Source: Rhodovibrionaceae bacterium
GTDB taxonomy: Bacteria; Pseudomonadota; Alphaproteobacteria; Kiloniellales; DSM-21159
DNA: 64,000 bases
NCBI GenBank assembly: GCA_028282405.1
Contig: JANQIA010000001.1
Span: 5,672-69,671 of the forward strand
Direction: 5' to 3'
The position numbers were made by a program, and so were the translations under genes. Within the stretch, counting starts at the first letter, position 1. The number at the start of each line of letters is the position of its first letter. Below the pieces are notes generated by a model. The model was not told where the DNA came from and did not search any database. It was given only the letters and a program-made list of their open reading frames with translations. Positions 41,330-51,678 of the stretch are shown in pieces.

Positions 41330-42657
41330 CCAGGTTTTTTCGGCGCGGTAGCCCTGCAGCTTGGCTGCTTGCTGCGCTCCTCCCGCTCAGTGCGTGCGAC
41401 ATATTCGGCGGTGACGACGAGCCGCCACTGCCGGGCGAGCGTATTCCCGTCTTGACCCAAGAGCAGGCCTTGGCCGCCTCCTCGGAGTTGCGCGACGTGC
41501 CCGTCGTGCTGCCGCGCCCCTATGTCAACGACAATTGGCCGCAGGTCGGCGGTAGCCCGACCCACGCCAGCTATCATCTGGCGTTGGCGCCCGATCCTCA
41601 GATTATCTGGCGCCGCGATGTCGGCAGCGGCACCTCCGACTCGCAGCCACTTCTGGCCCAGCCGGTGGTCGCCTCCGGCGTGGTCTTCACGCTGGACTCC
41701 GATACCCAGGTGACGGCCGTCAGTATCCAAACCGGGGACGTCCTCTGGGAAAGCGAGCTCGACCCCGGCGATGAAGACGACGGCTTCTTCGGCGGCGGGC
41801 TGGCGGTCGCCGGCAACCGGCTGTTCGCGACGACGGGCTACGGCGCCATCTACGCGCTCTCGACCGAGAACGGAGAGGTGGTCTGGGAGGCGCGGATCGA
41901 TGCGCCCATTCGCGCCAGCCCGACGGTCTACGAGGGGCGGGTTTTCGTCATCTCCCTGGACAACAGCACCACGGCGTTTTCGGCCGCGGACGGCAGTGTT
42001 CTGTGGGAGCACAACGGCATTCAGGAGATCGCCAGCTTTCTTGGCGGCGCCAGTCCGGCAGTTGCCGACAAGGTGGTGATCGTCCCTTATTCCTCCGGCG
42101 AGGTCTTCGCCCTGAGGACCAACAATGGGCGACAGATCTGGAGCGACTCCCTGACCGCCATCGCGGTTGCAGCGCGGAGCGCCGAGCTGGCGCATATTCG
42201 CGCTCAGCCCGTCGTCGACCGCGACCTGGTCTTCGCCGTCAGCCTGGCAGGGCGCATGGCGGCGATCGATCTAAGGCGCGGGCTTCGCTTGTGGGAGGCT
42301 GACATCGGCGGTGCCGAGATGCCCTGGGCCGCCGGGCCCTTCCTCTTTGCCATCACCGAGGACTCCCAGCTTGTCGCGTTGGACCGCCGCAGCGGGCGCA
42401 TTCGCTGGGTCGTGCGGCTGCAGCGCTACGAGGATGAAGAGGATCAGGAAGACCCCTTGATTTGGGTCGGCCCGCTCCTGGCCGGCGACCGTTTGATCGT
42501 CGGCAGCTCGGAGGGCCGGGTCGAGGCCTATTCGCCCTATGACGGGGCATACCTTGGCGAGATCGAGGTTTCCGGTGGCGTCGCCGTCGCTCCGATCATC
42601 GCCGAGGAGACGTTGCTGCTTCTCACGGACAACGCTGAGCTTATCGCTCTACGATAG
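41323..42657 (+). CDS. bamB: outer membrane protein assembly factor BamB (PQQ-like beta-propeller lipoprotein)
   Basis: Lipobox LPLSAC, repeated PQQ-like blades (VFTLD..., LFATTGYGAIYALS, VFVISLDNSTTAFS...), and synteny with der. Confidence 0.85.
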   Translation: MVARFFRRGSPAAWLLAALLPLSACDIFGGDDEPPLPGERIPVLTQEQALAASSELRDVPVVLPRPYVNDNWPQVGGSPTHASYHLALAPDPQIIWRRDVGSGTSDSQPLLAQPVVASGVVFTLDSDTQVTAVSIQTGDVLWESELDPGDEDDGFFGGGLAVAGNRLFATTGYGAIYALSTENGEVVWEARIDAPIRASPTVYEGRVFVISLDNSTTAFSAADGSVLWEHNGIQEIASFLGGASPAVADKVVIVPYSSGEVFALRTNNGRQIWSDSLTAIAVAARSAELAHIRAQPVVDRDLVFAVSLAGRMAAIDLRRGLRLWEADIGGAEMPWAAGPFLFAITEDSQLVALDRRSGRIRWVVRLQRYEDEEDQEDPLIWVGPLLAGDRLIVGSSEGRVEAYSPYDGAYLGEIEVSGGVAVAPIIAEETLLLLTDNAELIALR

Positions 42658-42694
42658 CCGCGCGACGGCGCAGGCTGCTTTCGGGTGAATTGAA

Positions 42695-44035
42695 ATGGCT
42701 TCCACCGTGGCCTTGATCGGCCGCCCCAACGTCGGCAAGTCGACGCTCTTCAACCGCCTGGTGGGGCGGCGCTTGGCCATCGTCGACGAGATGCCCGGCG
42801 TCACCCGGGACCGGCGAGAGGGGGAAGGCCGGCTCTTCGATCTCAACTTCTGCGTCATTGACACGGCGGGCCTGGAGGAGACGGCGGCGGAGAGCCTCGA
42901 AGGCCGCATGCGCCAGCAGACCGAGCGTGCCGTTGAAGAGGCGGAGGCGGTGCTCTTCCTCATCGACGCCCGCGCCGGCGTCACGCCGCTCGACGAGCAC
43001 TTCGCCAACTGGCTGCGGCGCAGCGGCAAGCCCATCGTGCTGGTTGCCAACAAATGCGAAGGGGCGGCGGCCCAAGGCGGCCTGCTGGAGGCCCACGGGC
43101 TGGGCTTTGGCGAGCCTGTCGCCCTATCGGGCGAGCACGGCTTGGGCCTGGACGAGCTGCACGAGCGGCTGACCCCATTGCTTGCAGGGGAAGACCAGGA
43201 TGACGATGACGAGGAGCCGGCGGACGACAGCCTGCAGCTCGCCATCGTGGGCCGCCCCAATGTGGGCAAGTCCACCCTGGTCAATCAGCTCTTGGGCGAG
43301 GAGCGCATGCTGACCGGTCCGGAAGCCGGCATCACGCGGGACTCGATCGCCATCCCCTGGTCCTACAAGGGGCGCCCCATTCGGCTGGTCGATACGGCCG
43401 GGCTCCGGCGCCGCGCCAAGGTGACCGACAAGCTCGAACGGCTCTCGGCGGCGGATACCCTGCGGGTGGTCGACTTCGCCCAGGTCGTGGTGCTCTTGCT
43501 GGATGCGGATCTCGGGCTGGAGAAGCAGGACCTGACTATCGCCCGCCGCGTGGTGGAAGAGGGGCGGGCGCTGGTGATCGGCGTCAACAAGTGGGACGCC
43601 TGTGCCGACCGGCAGGCGGCGATGGGCGCCATCCGCGATCGATTGGAGCGCTCCTTCCCGCAAACCCGCGGCATCCCGGTCGTGACCCTATCGGCGTTGG
43701 ACGGCAAGGGGGTGGATAAGCTGATGAAGGCGGTCATCTCCGCCTACGAGGTCTGGAATAAGCGGGTGCCGACGGCCGCGCTCAACCGCTGGCTGGAAGA
43801 GATCGTCGCCGCCCATCCGCCGCCGGCGCCTGGCGGGCGTCGCGTGCGCCTGAAGTACATTACCCAGGCCCGCAACCGGCCGCCGACCTTCGCCGTGGCC
43901 TGCTCGCGGCCGGACGCCCTGCCGGACTCCTACCTGCGCTATCTGGAAAACGCGCTGCGCCAGGACTTCGACCTGCCGGGCACGCCGATCCGCATCCACA
44001 TGCGCCGCACCCGCAATCCCTACGTCGAGGAGTAG
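42695..44035 (+). CDS. der: ribosome biogenesis GTPase Der (EngA)
   Basis: Two tandem GTPase domains: GRPNVGKST twice, DTAG twice, NKCE and NKWD. C-terminal KH-like domain. Confidence 0.95.
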   Translation: MASTVALIGRPNVGKSTLFNRLVGRRLAIVDEMPGVTRDRREGEGRLFDLNFCVIDTAGLEETAAESLEGRMRQQTERAVEEAEAVLFLIDARAGVTPLDEHFANWLRRSGKPIVLVANKCEGAAAQGGLLEAHGLGFGEPVALSGEHGLGLDELHERLTPLLAGEDQDDDDEEPADDSLQLAIVGRPNVGKSTLVNQLLGEERMLTGPEAGITRDSIAIPWSYKGRPIRLVDTAGLRRRAKVTDKLERLSAADTLRVVDFAQVVVLLLDADLGLEKQDLTIARRVVEEGRALVIGVNKWDACADRQAAMGAIRDRLERSFPQTRGIPVVTLSALDGKGVDKLMKAVISAYEVWNKRVPTAALNRWLEEIVAAHPPPAPGGRRVRLKYITQARNRPPTFAVACSRPDALPDSYLRYLENALRQDFDLPGTPIRIHMRRTRNPYVEE

Positions 44036-44042
44036 CGTCGGC

Positions 44043-44771
44043 TCAGCCCAAGCTGACGGTCGTGCCGTTGGCCTCGCAGTCTGCCGCCGCCAACTCCACG
44101 AAAGCGTCGGTGACCTCGTCGGGCGCGCGAAGGCTGAGCGGGTCCTCTCCGGGAAAGGCCTGGGCCCGCATCTTGGTGCGTACCGGGCCGGGCGAGACCA
44201 GGTTGACCTTGCCGCCGAAGGTCTCGACTTCGGCGGCATAGCACTTAACGAGCATGTCGAGCCCTGCCTTGCTGGCGCCGTAGATGCCCCAGAAGGCCGC
44301 CGGCTTCGCGCCCGCACCCGACGTCACGAAGATCGCCCGTCCGGCCTCAGAGCGGCGCAGTAGGGGATCGAAGCTGCGGATCAGGCGGTAGTTGGCGGTC
44401 AGGTTGACCGCCAAGGCATCGTCCCAGGTCTTGGGCTCGATATGCCCAACGGGGGAGAGGCTGCCGAGCAGGCCGGCGTTGCCGACCAGGATGTCGATCT
44501 TGCCATAGCGCTGATAGAGCACGCCGCCGAGCTCATCGATCTTGGCGCCGTCGCGCAAGTCGAGCGGGACCAGCACCGGCGGCAGGCCACCCCGCTCGCG
44601 AATCAGATCGTCTGCCTCTTCCAGGCCGCCGACCGTGCGGGCGATCAAGACCGTCTGCGCCCCTTCCGCGGCGAAGCGCAGCGCGACGGCGCGCCCGATA
44701 CCGCGAGACGCGCCGGTGATCACGGCGATACGTCCGGCTAGGCGGCCGGCAGGAAGATCTGGGCTGGTCAT
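44043..44771 (-). CDS. SDR family oxidoreductase
   Basis: TGASRGIGRAVA cofactor motif and YGASKAGL catalytic motif. Confidence 0.85.
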   Translation of the reverse strand: MTSPDLPAGRLAGRIAVITGASRGIGRAVALRFAAEGAQTVLIARTVGGLEEADDLIRERGGLPPVLVPLDLRDGAKIDELGGVLYQRYGKIDILVGNAGLLGSLSPVGHIEPKTWDDALAVNLTANYRLIRSFDPLLRRSEAGRAIFVTSGAGAKPAAFWGIYGASKAGLDMLVKCYAAEVETFGGKVNLVSPGPVRTKMRAQAFPGEDPLSLRAPDEVTDAFVELAAADCEANGTTVSLG

Positions 44772-44828
44772 GGTCGTCGGTCCGGTAAGGCGCTTGCAAA
44801 GGGCTGCGCGACAGAGAGAGGTGAAAAG

Positions 44829-45347
44829 TCAGCGCGCGTTTCGGTCCGCTGTCTTGGCCGTTGCCGACCGGCGGGTCAAGCGGGAGGGCAAGAGAACCAG
44901 CGCCAGCCCCAAGAGGGCGCCGGAGCCAGCGTAGACCGCGCCGCCGAGGCCGAGCGGTAGGTTGGGCTGATAGTGCTCGGCGGTAACCGTCGCCGTGGTC
45001 AGATCGAGTCCGCCGATCATCGCCAAGGGACGGGTGAAGGCGGTTGCCGACGCCAGAGACTTCTGCGCCCGTTCCAGCCGGTCGAGACGGTCAAGAGTCC
45101 GCAGGCTGTCGTCGACCGCGGCGCGGCTGAAGGCGCCGCTGTCGGCAAGGGCGGTCTCCAGATAGTCGCGCAGCGACAGCTCCTGCTCGTCAGCACGACG
45201 CGAAACCTCTTCCAAGCTATAGCGGGCCTGGGTGATCTGCCCGGCCAGGTTCTGCCGGTAGTGGTCGGCGAAGGCCGGGAGCTGGCTGAAGCAGGCTGCG
45301 CCGAGGAGAGCGGCCAGCAGCCGCATGGAGCGGGCTGCGAGGGCCAT
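44829..45347 (-). CDS. DUF2937 family protein
   Basis: 172 aa. The N-terminal LLAALLGAACFSQLPAFADHYRQNLAGQ pattern is typical of DUF2937 as I recall it. Confidence 0.6.
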   Translation of the reverse strand: MALAARSMRLLAALLGAACFSQLPAFADHYRQNLAGQITQARYSLEEVSRRADEQELSLRDYLETALADSGAFSRAAVDDSLRTLDRLDRLERAQKSLASATAFTRPLAMIGGLDLTTATVTAEHYQPNLPLGLGGAVYAGSGALLGLALVLLPSRLTRRSATAKTADRNAR

Positions 45348-45353
45348 GAGCCG

Positions 45354-46841
45354 CTAGGCGCTTTTCAGCATACTCAAGAGCGAGAGCTGCCCCACGTCGC
45401 CGTCGGTCAGGTCGCTGAGGGCGGTCGGGTAGTCGCCGGTAAAGCAGGCGTCGCAGAACTGCGGCTGTTGAGGGTTGCGCGCCTGCTGGCCCATGGCGCG
45501 ATAGAGGCCGTCCATGGAGATGAAGGCGAGGCTGTCGACGCCGATATAGCTGCGCATGTCCTCGACGGTCATCTTGTGGGCGAGGAGCTGCTCGCGCTCC
45601 GGCGTGTCGACGCCGTAGAAGCAGGAATGCGTCGTCGGCGGGGACGCGATGCGCATATGCACTTCGCTGGCGCCGGCGCTGCGCACCATCTCGACGATCT
45701 TGACCGAGGTGGTGCCGCGCACGATGGAATCGTCGACGAGAACCACGCGCTTGCCGGCCAGCTTGGCCCGATTGGCGTTGTGCTTCAGCTTGACGCCGAG
45801 ATGGCGGATCTCCTGCGCCGGCTCGATGAAGGTGCGGCCGACATAGTGGTTGCGGATGATGCCGAGCTCGAAGGGGATGCTGGCTTCCTCCGAATAGCCG
45901 AGGGCGGAGGGGACGCCTGAGTCCGGGACCGGCACCACAACGTCGGCCGGTACGCCGCTTTCCCTGGCCAGCTCGCGGCCGATCTGCTTGCGCGCCTCGT
46001 AGATGCTGACGCCCGCCGACTCGGAGTCGGGCCGCGAGAAATAGATGTACTCGAAGATGCAGGGCTTGCTCGGTTGCTTCGGAAAGATGCGGTAGGACTT
46101 CAGGCCCTCGGAGGTGACCACCACCATCTCTCCCGGCTCGACGTCGCGCACATGCTCGGCACCGATGATGTCCAGGGCGCAGGTTTCCGACGTCAGGATG
46201 TAGGACTCCCCAAGGCGCCCCAGCACAAGGGGCCTGACGCCGAGGGCGTCGCGCACGCCGATGACACCCTCCGCCGTCAGGGCAACCAGGGAGAAGGCCC
46301 CCTCAACCTGCTGCAAGGCATCGACGACACGGTCATAGACCGTGCCGGCGGTCGAGGTCGCGATCAGGTGGATGATGACCTCGGTATCCATGGTCGACTG
46401 GAACAGCGAGCCACGTTTGACCAACGAGCGACGCAGCAGATAGGCGTTGGTGAGATTGCCGTTGTGCGCCAGGGCGAAGCCCCCGAAGTCGAGATCGGCG
46501 AACAGCGGCTGCACGTTGCGGATCAGCGTATCTCCGGTGGTCGAATAGCGGTTGTGACCGATGGCGGCATAGCCCTTGAGCCGCGTCATGACGGCCGGGC
46601 TGGCAAAGATGTCGCCGACCTGGCCCAGGTCCCGGTGGGCATTGAAGTGTTGGCCATCGAAGGCGACGATTCCGGCCGCCTCCTGGCCCCGGTGCTGCAG
46701 GGCATGGAGGCCCAGCACGGTGTGGGCGGCGGCGTCGCTGTGACCGTAGATGGCGAAGACGCCGCATTCTTCATGCAGCTTGTCGTCATCCAAGGGATGG
46801 GTGGTCAGCGGGCAGGCCTGCCTATCGGTACAGCCTGTCAT
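45354..46841 (-). CDS. purF: amidophosphoribosyltransferase
   Basis: Ntn Cys in ECGVFAIYGH. PRPP motif VVLVDDSIVRGTTS. C-terminal Fe-S Cys residues. Confidence 0.95.
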   Translation of the reverse strand: MTGCTDRQACPLTTHPLDDDKLHEECGVFAIYGHSDAAAHTVLGLHALQHRGQEAAGIVAFDGQHFNAHRDLGQVGDIFASPAVMTRLKGYAAIGHNRYSTTGDTLIRNVQPLFADLDFGGFALAHNGNLTNAYLLRRSLVKRGSLFQSTMDTEVIIHLIATSTAGTVYDRVVDALQQVEGAFSLVALTAEGVIGVRDALGVRPLVLGRLGESYILTSETCALDIIGAEHVRDVEPGEMVVVTSEGLKSYRIFPKQPSKPCIFEYIYFSRPDSESAGVSIYEARKQIGRELARESGVPADVVVPVPDSGVPSALGYSEEASIPFELGIIRNHYVGRTFIEPAQEIRHLGVKLKHNANRAKLAGKRVVLVDDSIVRGTTSVKIVEMVRSAGASEVHMRIASPPTTHSCFYGVDTPEREQLLAHKMTVEDMRSYIGVDSLAFISMDGLYRAMGQQARNPQQPQFCDACFTGDYPTALSDLTDGDVGQLSLLSMLKSA

Positions 46842-47509
46842 TGATTGCCGCCTTGGCGTTCGATCAAGCGCTCCAAAGCGTCTCTCTCCTTTTCCTCATA
46901 GCCTTGCGCCGGCGCATCCGACTGCGGTTGAGCGGTCCCCTGGTTGAGGAGCCGGCCGGCGTCCAAGGCCCTGGTGGTCGTATCCGACAAATCCTGTACG
47001 GCTTGCTCGGTCTGGCCGCGCATGCCTGCCGGCGCCAGGTCCCAAAGCAGCTCAGCGCCACGGTCCATCAGGGGCCTGGCGCGCGCTTCTAGGATCCAAG
47101 GTGGATAGTTTTCTTCCGGTATCAATCGGGTCAAGGCAATCCAGGCCAGACTGACGATCACGGCGCCGCGCAGCAGCCCGAAGAGGAAGCCGAGGGATCG
47201 GTTGAGCGGTCCGAGCGCTCCGTCGCCGATGCGGCCGGCCAAGAGACGGGAGAGAATGGTGAGAAGGATCAGGACGACAATGAAGATGGTCCCGGCGGCG
47301 ACGATGTCGGCAACCAGCTCGATACCGATGTATTGCCGGGCAATCTGCCGTCCCGCTTCGAAGCCGTAGAGTGCCGCGAAAGCCGCACCGACCCAGGAGG
47401 CGATACCCAGCACCTCCAGCACGAAGCCGCGCACGAAAGCGAGGCCGGCCGAGAGCAGCAGGATGGCGATAACCCCCAAATCGATTGGATTGAGTGGCAG
47501 TTGTTCCAT
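46838..47509 (-). CDS. cvpA: CvpA family protein
   Basis: Polytopic N-terminus (IDLGVIAILLLSAGLAFVRGFVLEVLGIASWV) and conserved radA-cvpA-purF synteny. Confidence 0.8.
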   Translation of the reverse strand: MEQLPLNPIDLGVIAILLLSAGLAFVRGFVLEVLGIASWVGAAFAALYGFEAGRQIARQYIGIELVADIVAAGTIFIVVLILLTILSRLLAGRIGDGALGPLNRSLGFLFGLLRGAVIVSLAWIALTRLIPEENYPPWILEARARPLMDRGAELLWDLAPAGMRGQTEQAVQDLSDTTTRALDAGRLLNQGTAQPQSDAPAQGYEEKERDALERLIERQGGNQ

Positions 47510-47539
47510 ATCGTTCGGTTTCGCCCGCTCTTCCCCGTG

Positions 47540-48937
47540 CTACTGGGGAACGGCGCGGACCGGTCCATCCTGCGTCGGCGCTAGCTGTCTTAGCAGATCT
47601 TGGAGATGAGTCACTTCGGTCAGGCCGATGCTCGGTCCGGGCCCGCCGCGCCGCTTCAGCGGCGGCAGGAAGGCGCGACGAAAACCGAGCTTTTCTGCCT
47701 CTTTCAGGCGCAAGTTGGTCTGGCTGACGGCGCGGATCTCGCCGCCCAGGCCGATCTCGCCGAAGACTACGCTGTCGTCCGGCACCGGGCGGTCGGAGCT
47801 GGCCGAGATCAACGCCGCCGCTACCGCGAGGTCGGCCCCCGGCTCAGACACCCGCAGGCCGCCGGCCACGTTCAGGTACACATCGCGCCCCGCAAGGCTG
47901 AGCCCGCAGCGCGCCTCGAGCACGGCGAGCACCATGGCCAGGCGGGCGCTGTCCCAGCCGACCACCGAGCGGCGCGGCGTGCCGAAAGGCGAGGGGCTGA
48001 CCAGCGCCTGAACCTCGACGAGAACCGGGCGCGTCCCTTCGATGCCGGCAAAGACGGCAGCCCCGGCGGTGTCGGCCTGGCGGTGCGAGAGAAAGAGCGC
48101 GGAGGGGTTTGCGACCTCGCTCAGGCCGCCATCGGTCATTTCGAAGACGCCGATCTCGTCGGTGGGGCCGAAGCGGTTCTTGTTGGCGCGCAGCACGCGG
48201 AACTGATGGCCGCGCTCGCCTTCGAAGGCCAGCACGGCGTCGACCATGTGCTCCAGAACCTTCGGTCCCGCGATCATCCCCTCCTTGGTCACATGACCGA
48301 CGAGCAGCAACGTAAAGCCTCGCGCCTTGGCGAGGCGAACCAGCTCCTGCGCGCTGCCGCGCACCTGCGCCACGGTTCCCGGCGCGGAATCCAGATTGTC
48401 TAGATACATCGTCTGGATCGAGTCGATCACCACCACGTCGGGTGCATCGGGCGTATCCAGGGTGGCGAGGATGTCGCGGACCGAGGTGGCCACGGCCAGA
48501 GCCACGGGTGCGTCCGAGAGACCGAGGCGCCGGGCTCGAAGCCGGATCTGGGCCACGGCTTCCTCGCCCGAGATGTAGGCGGCGCGCACGCCCTGTCCGG
48601 TGAGCGAGGCGAGGACCTGTAGCAGCAGGGTCGACTTGCCGACACCGGGGTCGCCGCCGATCAGCACCGCCGAGCCTGGGACGAGGCCGCCCCCCGTCAC
48701 CCGATCGAACTCGGCCAGGCCGCTGGCGCGCCGCGGTGGCTCGTCGCCCACTTCGGCCAGACCGGAGAAAGCGATGCGGCGGCTGGCGCTGCGTCCCTTG
48801 AGGCCGCCCGGCGTGGCCGCAGGTCTCAGTTCCTCAACGATCGAGTTCCACTCGCCGCAGGCCTCGCAGCGTCCGATCCAGCGGCCGTAGCTGGCGCCAC
48901 AGGATTGGCAGACGTATGCGGCCTGGTTCTTCGCCAT
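47540..48937 (-). CDS. radA: DNA repair protein RadA
   Basis: Zinc finger CQSCGASYGRWIGRCEACGEWN, Walker A GDPGVGKST, KNRFG motif, Lon-like C-terminal domain. Confidence 0.95.
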   Translation of the reverse strand: MAKNQAAYVCQSCGASYGRWIGRCEACGEWNSIVEELRPAATPGGLKGRSASRRIAFSGLAEVGDEPPRRASGLAEFDRVTGGGLVPGSAVLIGGDPGVGKSTLLLQVLASLTGQGVRAAYISGEEAVAQIRLRARRLGLSDAPVALAVATSVRDILATLDTPDAPDVVVIDSIQTMYLDNLDSAPGTVAQVRGSAQELVRLAKARGFTLLLVGHVTKEGMIAGPKVLEHMVDAVLAFEGERGHQFRVLRANKNRFGPTDEIGVFEMTDGGLSEVANPSALFLSHRQADTAGAAVFAGIEGTRPVLVEVQALVSPSPFGTPRRSVVGWDSARLAMVLAVLEARCGLSLAGRDVYLNVAGGLRVSEPGADLAVAAALISASSDRPVPDDSVVFGEIGLGGEIRAVSQTNLRLKEAEKLGFRRAFLPPLKRRGGPGPSIGLTEVTHLQDLLRQLAPTQDGPVRAVPQ

Positions 48938-48941
48938 TATC

Positions 48942-49742
48942 TCAGCCGGGGTGGCCTTCGAAGTGGTCCTGAATCTGCATCTGGATGGGTCCGTCGGCGC
49001 GGCCGTTGATGAACTGCTGGACGTAGGCGTTATCGGTTTGATCGATCTCGTCGGTGGAGCCGTCCCAGATGATCTTGCCTTCGAACACCATGGCGATGCG
49101 GCTGGAGATGCGCTTGGCGCTGGCCATGTCGTGGGTGATCGACAGGGCGGTGGCGCCCAGCTCTTTGACGCATTTGACGATCAGGTTGTCGATGACGCTG
49201 CCCATGATCGGGTCCAGGCCGGTCGTCGGCTCGTCGAAGAAGATGATCTCAGGCTGGGAGGCGATCGCACGGGCCAGGCCGACGCGCTTGCGCATGCCGC
49301 CCGAGAGCTCGGCCGGATAGAGCGTGGCGACCTCCTGGCGCAGCCCGACGTCGCCCAGTCTGGCCATGGCTGTCCGCTGTGCTTCCTCGCGGGCCATGCC
49401 CTGGCCCTGGATCAGGGCGAAGGCGATATTCTCCCAGACGTTCAGGGAATCGAACAGGGCCGCCGACTGGAACAGCATGCCGATCTTGCGGCGCACGGCT
49501 TCGAGCTCCGAGCCACGCAGATTGGTGATCTCCTCGCCGTCGATCTTGATCGAGCCCTGCTCCGGATGAATCAGCCCGAGGATGCACTTCAAGAGCACCG
49601 ACTTGCCGCTGCCGGAGCCGCCGATGATCACCACGGATTCGCCGGGCATGATGGTCAGGTTGACGCCCTGCAATACTCGGTTTCTGCCGAACGACTTGTG
49701 CAGGTCGCGGATCTCGATCTTCGGTGTGCCGGCCGTGCTCAT
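48942..49742 (-). CDS. mlaF: ABC transporter ATP-binding protein (MlaF family)
   Basis: Walker A GGSGSGKSV, signature LSGGMRKRVGLARAI, Walker B IIFFDEP. Follows a MlaE-type permease gene. Confidence 0.8.
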   Translation of the reverse strand: MSTAGTPKIEIRDLHKSFGRNRVLQGVNLTIMPGESVVIIGGSGSGKSVLLKCILGLIHPEQGSIKIDGEEITNLRGSELEAVRRKIGMLFQSAALFDSLNVWENIAFALIQGQGMAREEAQRTAMARLGDVGLRQEVATLYPAELSGGMRKRVGLARAIASQPEIIFFDEPTTGLDPIMGSVIDNLIVKCVKELGATALSITHDMASAKRISSRIAMVFEGKIIWDGSTDEIDQTDNAYVQQFINGRADGPIQMQIQDHFEGHPG

Positions 49743-50521
49743 CGGGAGAAGAAGATCTCCGTAATGAAGTAGTTGCTGCAGAGAATGAGGATGGAGGCCG
49801 AGACCACGGCGTTGGTGGTGGCAGCACCGACGCCCTGCGCCCCGCCGCGCGAGTGATAGCCGTGATAGCAGCCCATCAGGGTGATGATGAAGCCGAAGAC
49901 CGCGGCCTTGACCAGGCCCGAGAGGACGTCCTGGACCTGCAGGAAGTCGATCGTGTTCGTGATGTAGGTCGTCGGATTGAAGCCGAGCTTGTAGATGCTG
50001 ACCAGATAGCCGCCGAAGACCCCGATCGAGATGGCGACGAGGGTGAGCAGCGGCAGCATGGTCAGGCCGGCGATGAGCCGCGGCGCGATGAGGTACTTGA
50101 ATGGATTGGTCGCAAGGGTGGTCAGCGCGTCGATCTGCTCGGTCACCCGCATTGTGCCGATCTCCGCCGCCATGGCCGCGCCGATTCGGCCGGCGACCAT
50201 CAAGCCGCCCAGAACCGGACCGAGCTCGCGGGTGATGGACACGACGACGACGTTGGGGATGGCGCTTTCCGCCGAAAAGCGCGCGAAGCCGGTATAGCTC
50301 TGCAGCGCTAGGACCATGCCGGTGAAGATGGCGGTCAGGCCAACGACGGGAAGGGAGTAGTAGCCGATCTCCACCATCTGGCGGCCGATCAGTCGGAAAT
50401 AGAACGGTGGTCGGACGCAGTGGGAGAGGGAAACGGCGGTAAAGAGCGCAATACGACCCGTCGCCCCCAGGAAGTTCAAGAACGTACGCCCGAGGGCTTG
50501 AATCAGCGAGAGCAAGGTCAC
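49739..50521 (-). CDS. mlaE: MlaE family ABC transporter permease
   Basis: 260-aa polytopic ORF with MlaE-like blocks: ITRELGPVLGGLMVAGRIGAAMAAEIGTMRVTEQIDAL. Confidence 0.8.
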   Translation of the reverse strand: MTLLSLIQALGRTFLNFLGATGRIALFTAVSLSHCVRPPFYFRLIGRQMVEIGYYSLPVVGLTAIFTGMVLALQSYTGFARFSAESAIPNVVVVSITRELGPVLGGLMVAGRIGAAMAAEIGTMRVTEQIDALTTLATNPFKYLIAPRLIAGLTMLPLLTLVAISIGVFGGYLVSIYKLGFNPTTYITNTIDFLQVQDVLSGLVKAAVFGFIITLMGCYHGYHSRGGAQGVGAATTNAVVSASILILCSNYFITEIFFSR

Positions 50522-51678
50522 GCCTCTTTGTAAGTCCTATGAAAACGTCCGCCGAGCGAAGTCAGAACCTCATAGGGAATGGTTCCGGCCCTCTCGGCGA
50601 GATCGTCGACCGTCTCCCGATCGCCGATCAGATCGACCAAAGCACCGGGCATGCTTATGTCCGCTGGCAACTCGCTTACGTCAAGGGTGATCAGGTCCAT
50701 CGATATGCGCCCAACGATTGGGGCGCAGTAATCAGCCAGCCAGAGCTTCCCGATGTTCGAAAGATATCGCGAGTAGCCATCGGCGTAGCCCATGGCGAGG
50801 GTGGCGATTCGGGTCGGCCGGGTGGCGGTGAAGGTGGCCCCGTATCCCACGCTTTCGCCGCGGGCGATGTCCCGAACCTGCAGGATGCGGCTGCGCAGGC
50901 GAATGCAGGACGTCATGGGGTTCTCGCGGCCCGGTGTCGGATTTCCGCCGTAGAGCGCCACGCCCGGCCGCGCGATGTCGAAGTGGTAATCCGGTCCTAG
51001 AAAGATACCGGAGGAATTGGCGAAGCTGCGCCGCAGGTGCGGGAAACGGCGGCAAAACTCGGAAAAGGCCTGCCGTTGTCGGGAATTGAGCGGGTGCTCC
51101 TGCTCATCTGCGCAAGCGAGGTGTGAAATCAAGCAGCCGATCTCGATACCCTTGAGCCGCGAGGGCTCCTCGATCAGTCGCCTGGCTTCGTTCGCGGGGA
51201 GACCAAGCCGCGACAGGCCGCTGTCGAAGTGGATGGCGGCCGGCGGTCGCTCTGCGGGCGGCAGGGCGCGCCAGGCGTCGATCTCCGCCAGGGAGTTGAG
51301 CACCGGGCAGATGCCGTGCGCCAGGTAATCGCGCTCAGCACCCCCGAAGAGCCCGCCCAGAACATAGACCTGGGCGGTTGGCAGCACCTTGCGCAGCGCG
51401 ATGGCTTCATCGGGAAGCGCGACGAAAAAGCGCCGTGCACCCGCGGCCCACAGGGCCGGTGCGACCTGCGCGACGCCCAGGCCATAGGCATCCGCCTTGA
51501 CCACGGCCGCGCACTCCGCTCGGCCGAGCCGAGCGCTCAGGCGGCTGTAGTTCTCGCGGACTGCCGCAAGATCGACCTCCAGATAGGCGCCGGCGCGGGC
51601 GTTGGCGGCCGCGCGCTCAGTGGGCATCCGGGTAGTGGTCGGGGGGAGAGTAGTTGGAGAATTCAGTCGTATCGGCAT
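50518..51678 (-). CDS. alr: alanine racemase
   Basis: PLP-Lys motif AVVKADAYGLG and C-terminal IPYEVLTSLGGR. An alternative start lies at ATG 51627; either start overlaps the dnaB stop. Confidence 0.9.
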   Translation of the reverse strand: MPIRLNSPTTLPPTTTRMPTERAAANARAGAYLEVDLAAVRENYSRLSARLGRAECAAVVKADAYGLGVAQVAPALWAAGARRFFVALPDEAIALRKVLPTAQVYVLGGLFGGAERDYLAHGICPVLNSLAEIDAWRALPPAERPPAAIHFDSGLSRLGLPANEARRLIEEPSRLKGIEIGCLISHLACADEQEHPLNSRQRQAFSEFCRRFPHLRRSFANSSGIFLGPDYHFDIARPGVALYGGNPTPGRENPMTSCIRLRSRILQVRDIARGESVGYGATFTATRPTRIATLAMGYADGYSRYLSNIGKLWLADYCAPIVGRISMDLITLDVSELPADISMPGALVDLIGDRETVDDLAERAGTIPYEVLTSLGGRFHRTYKEA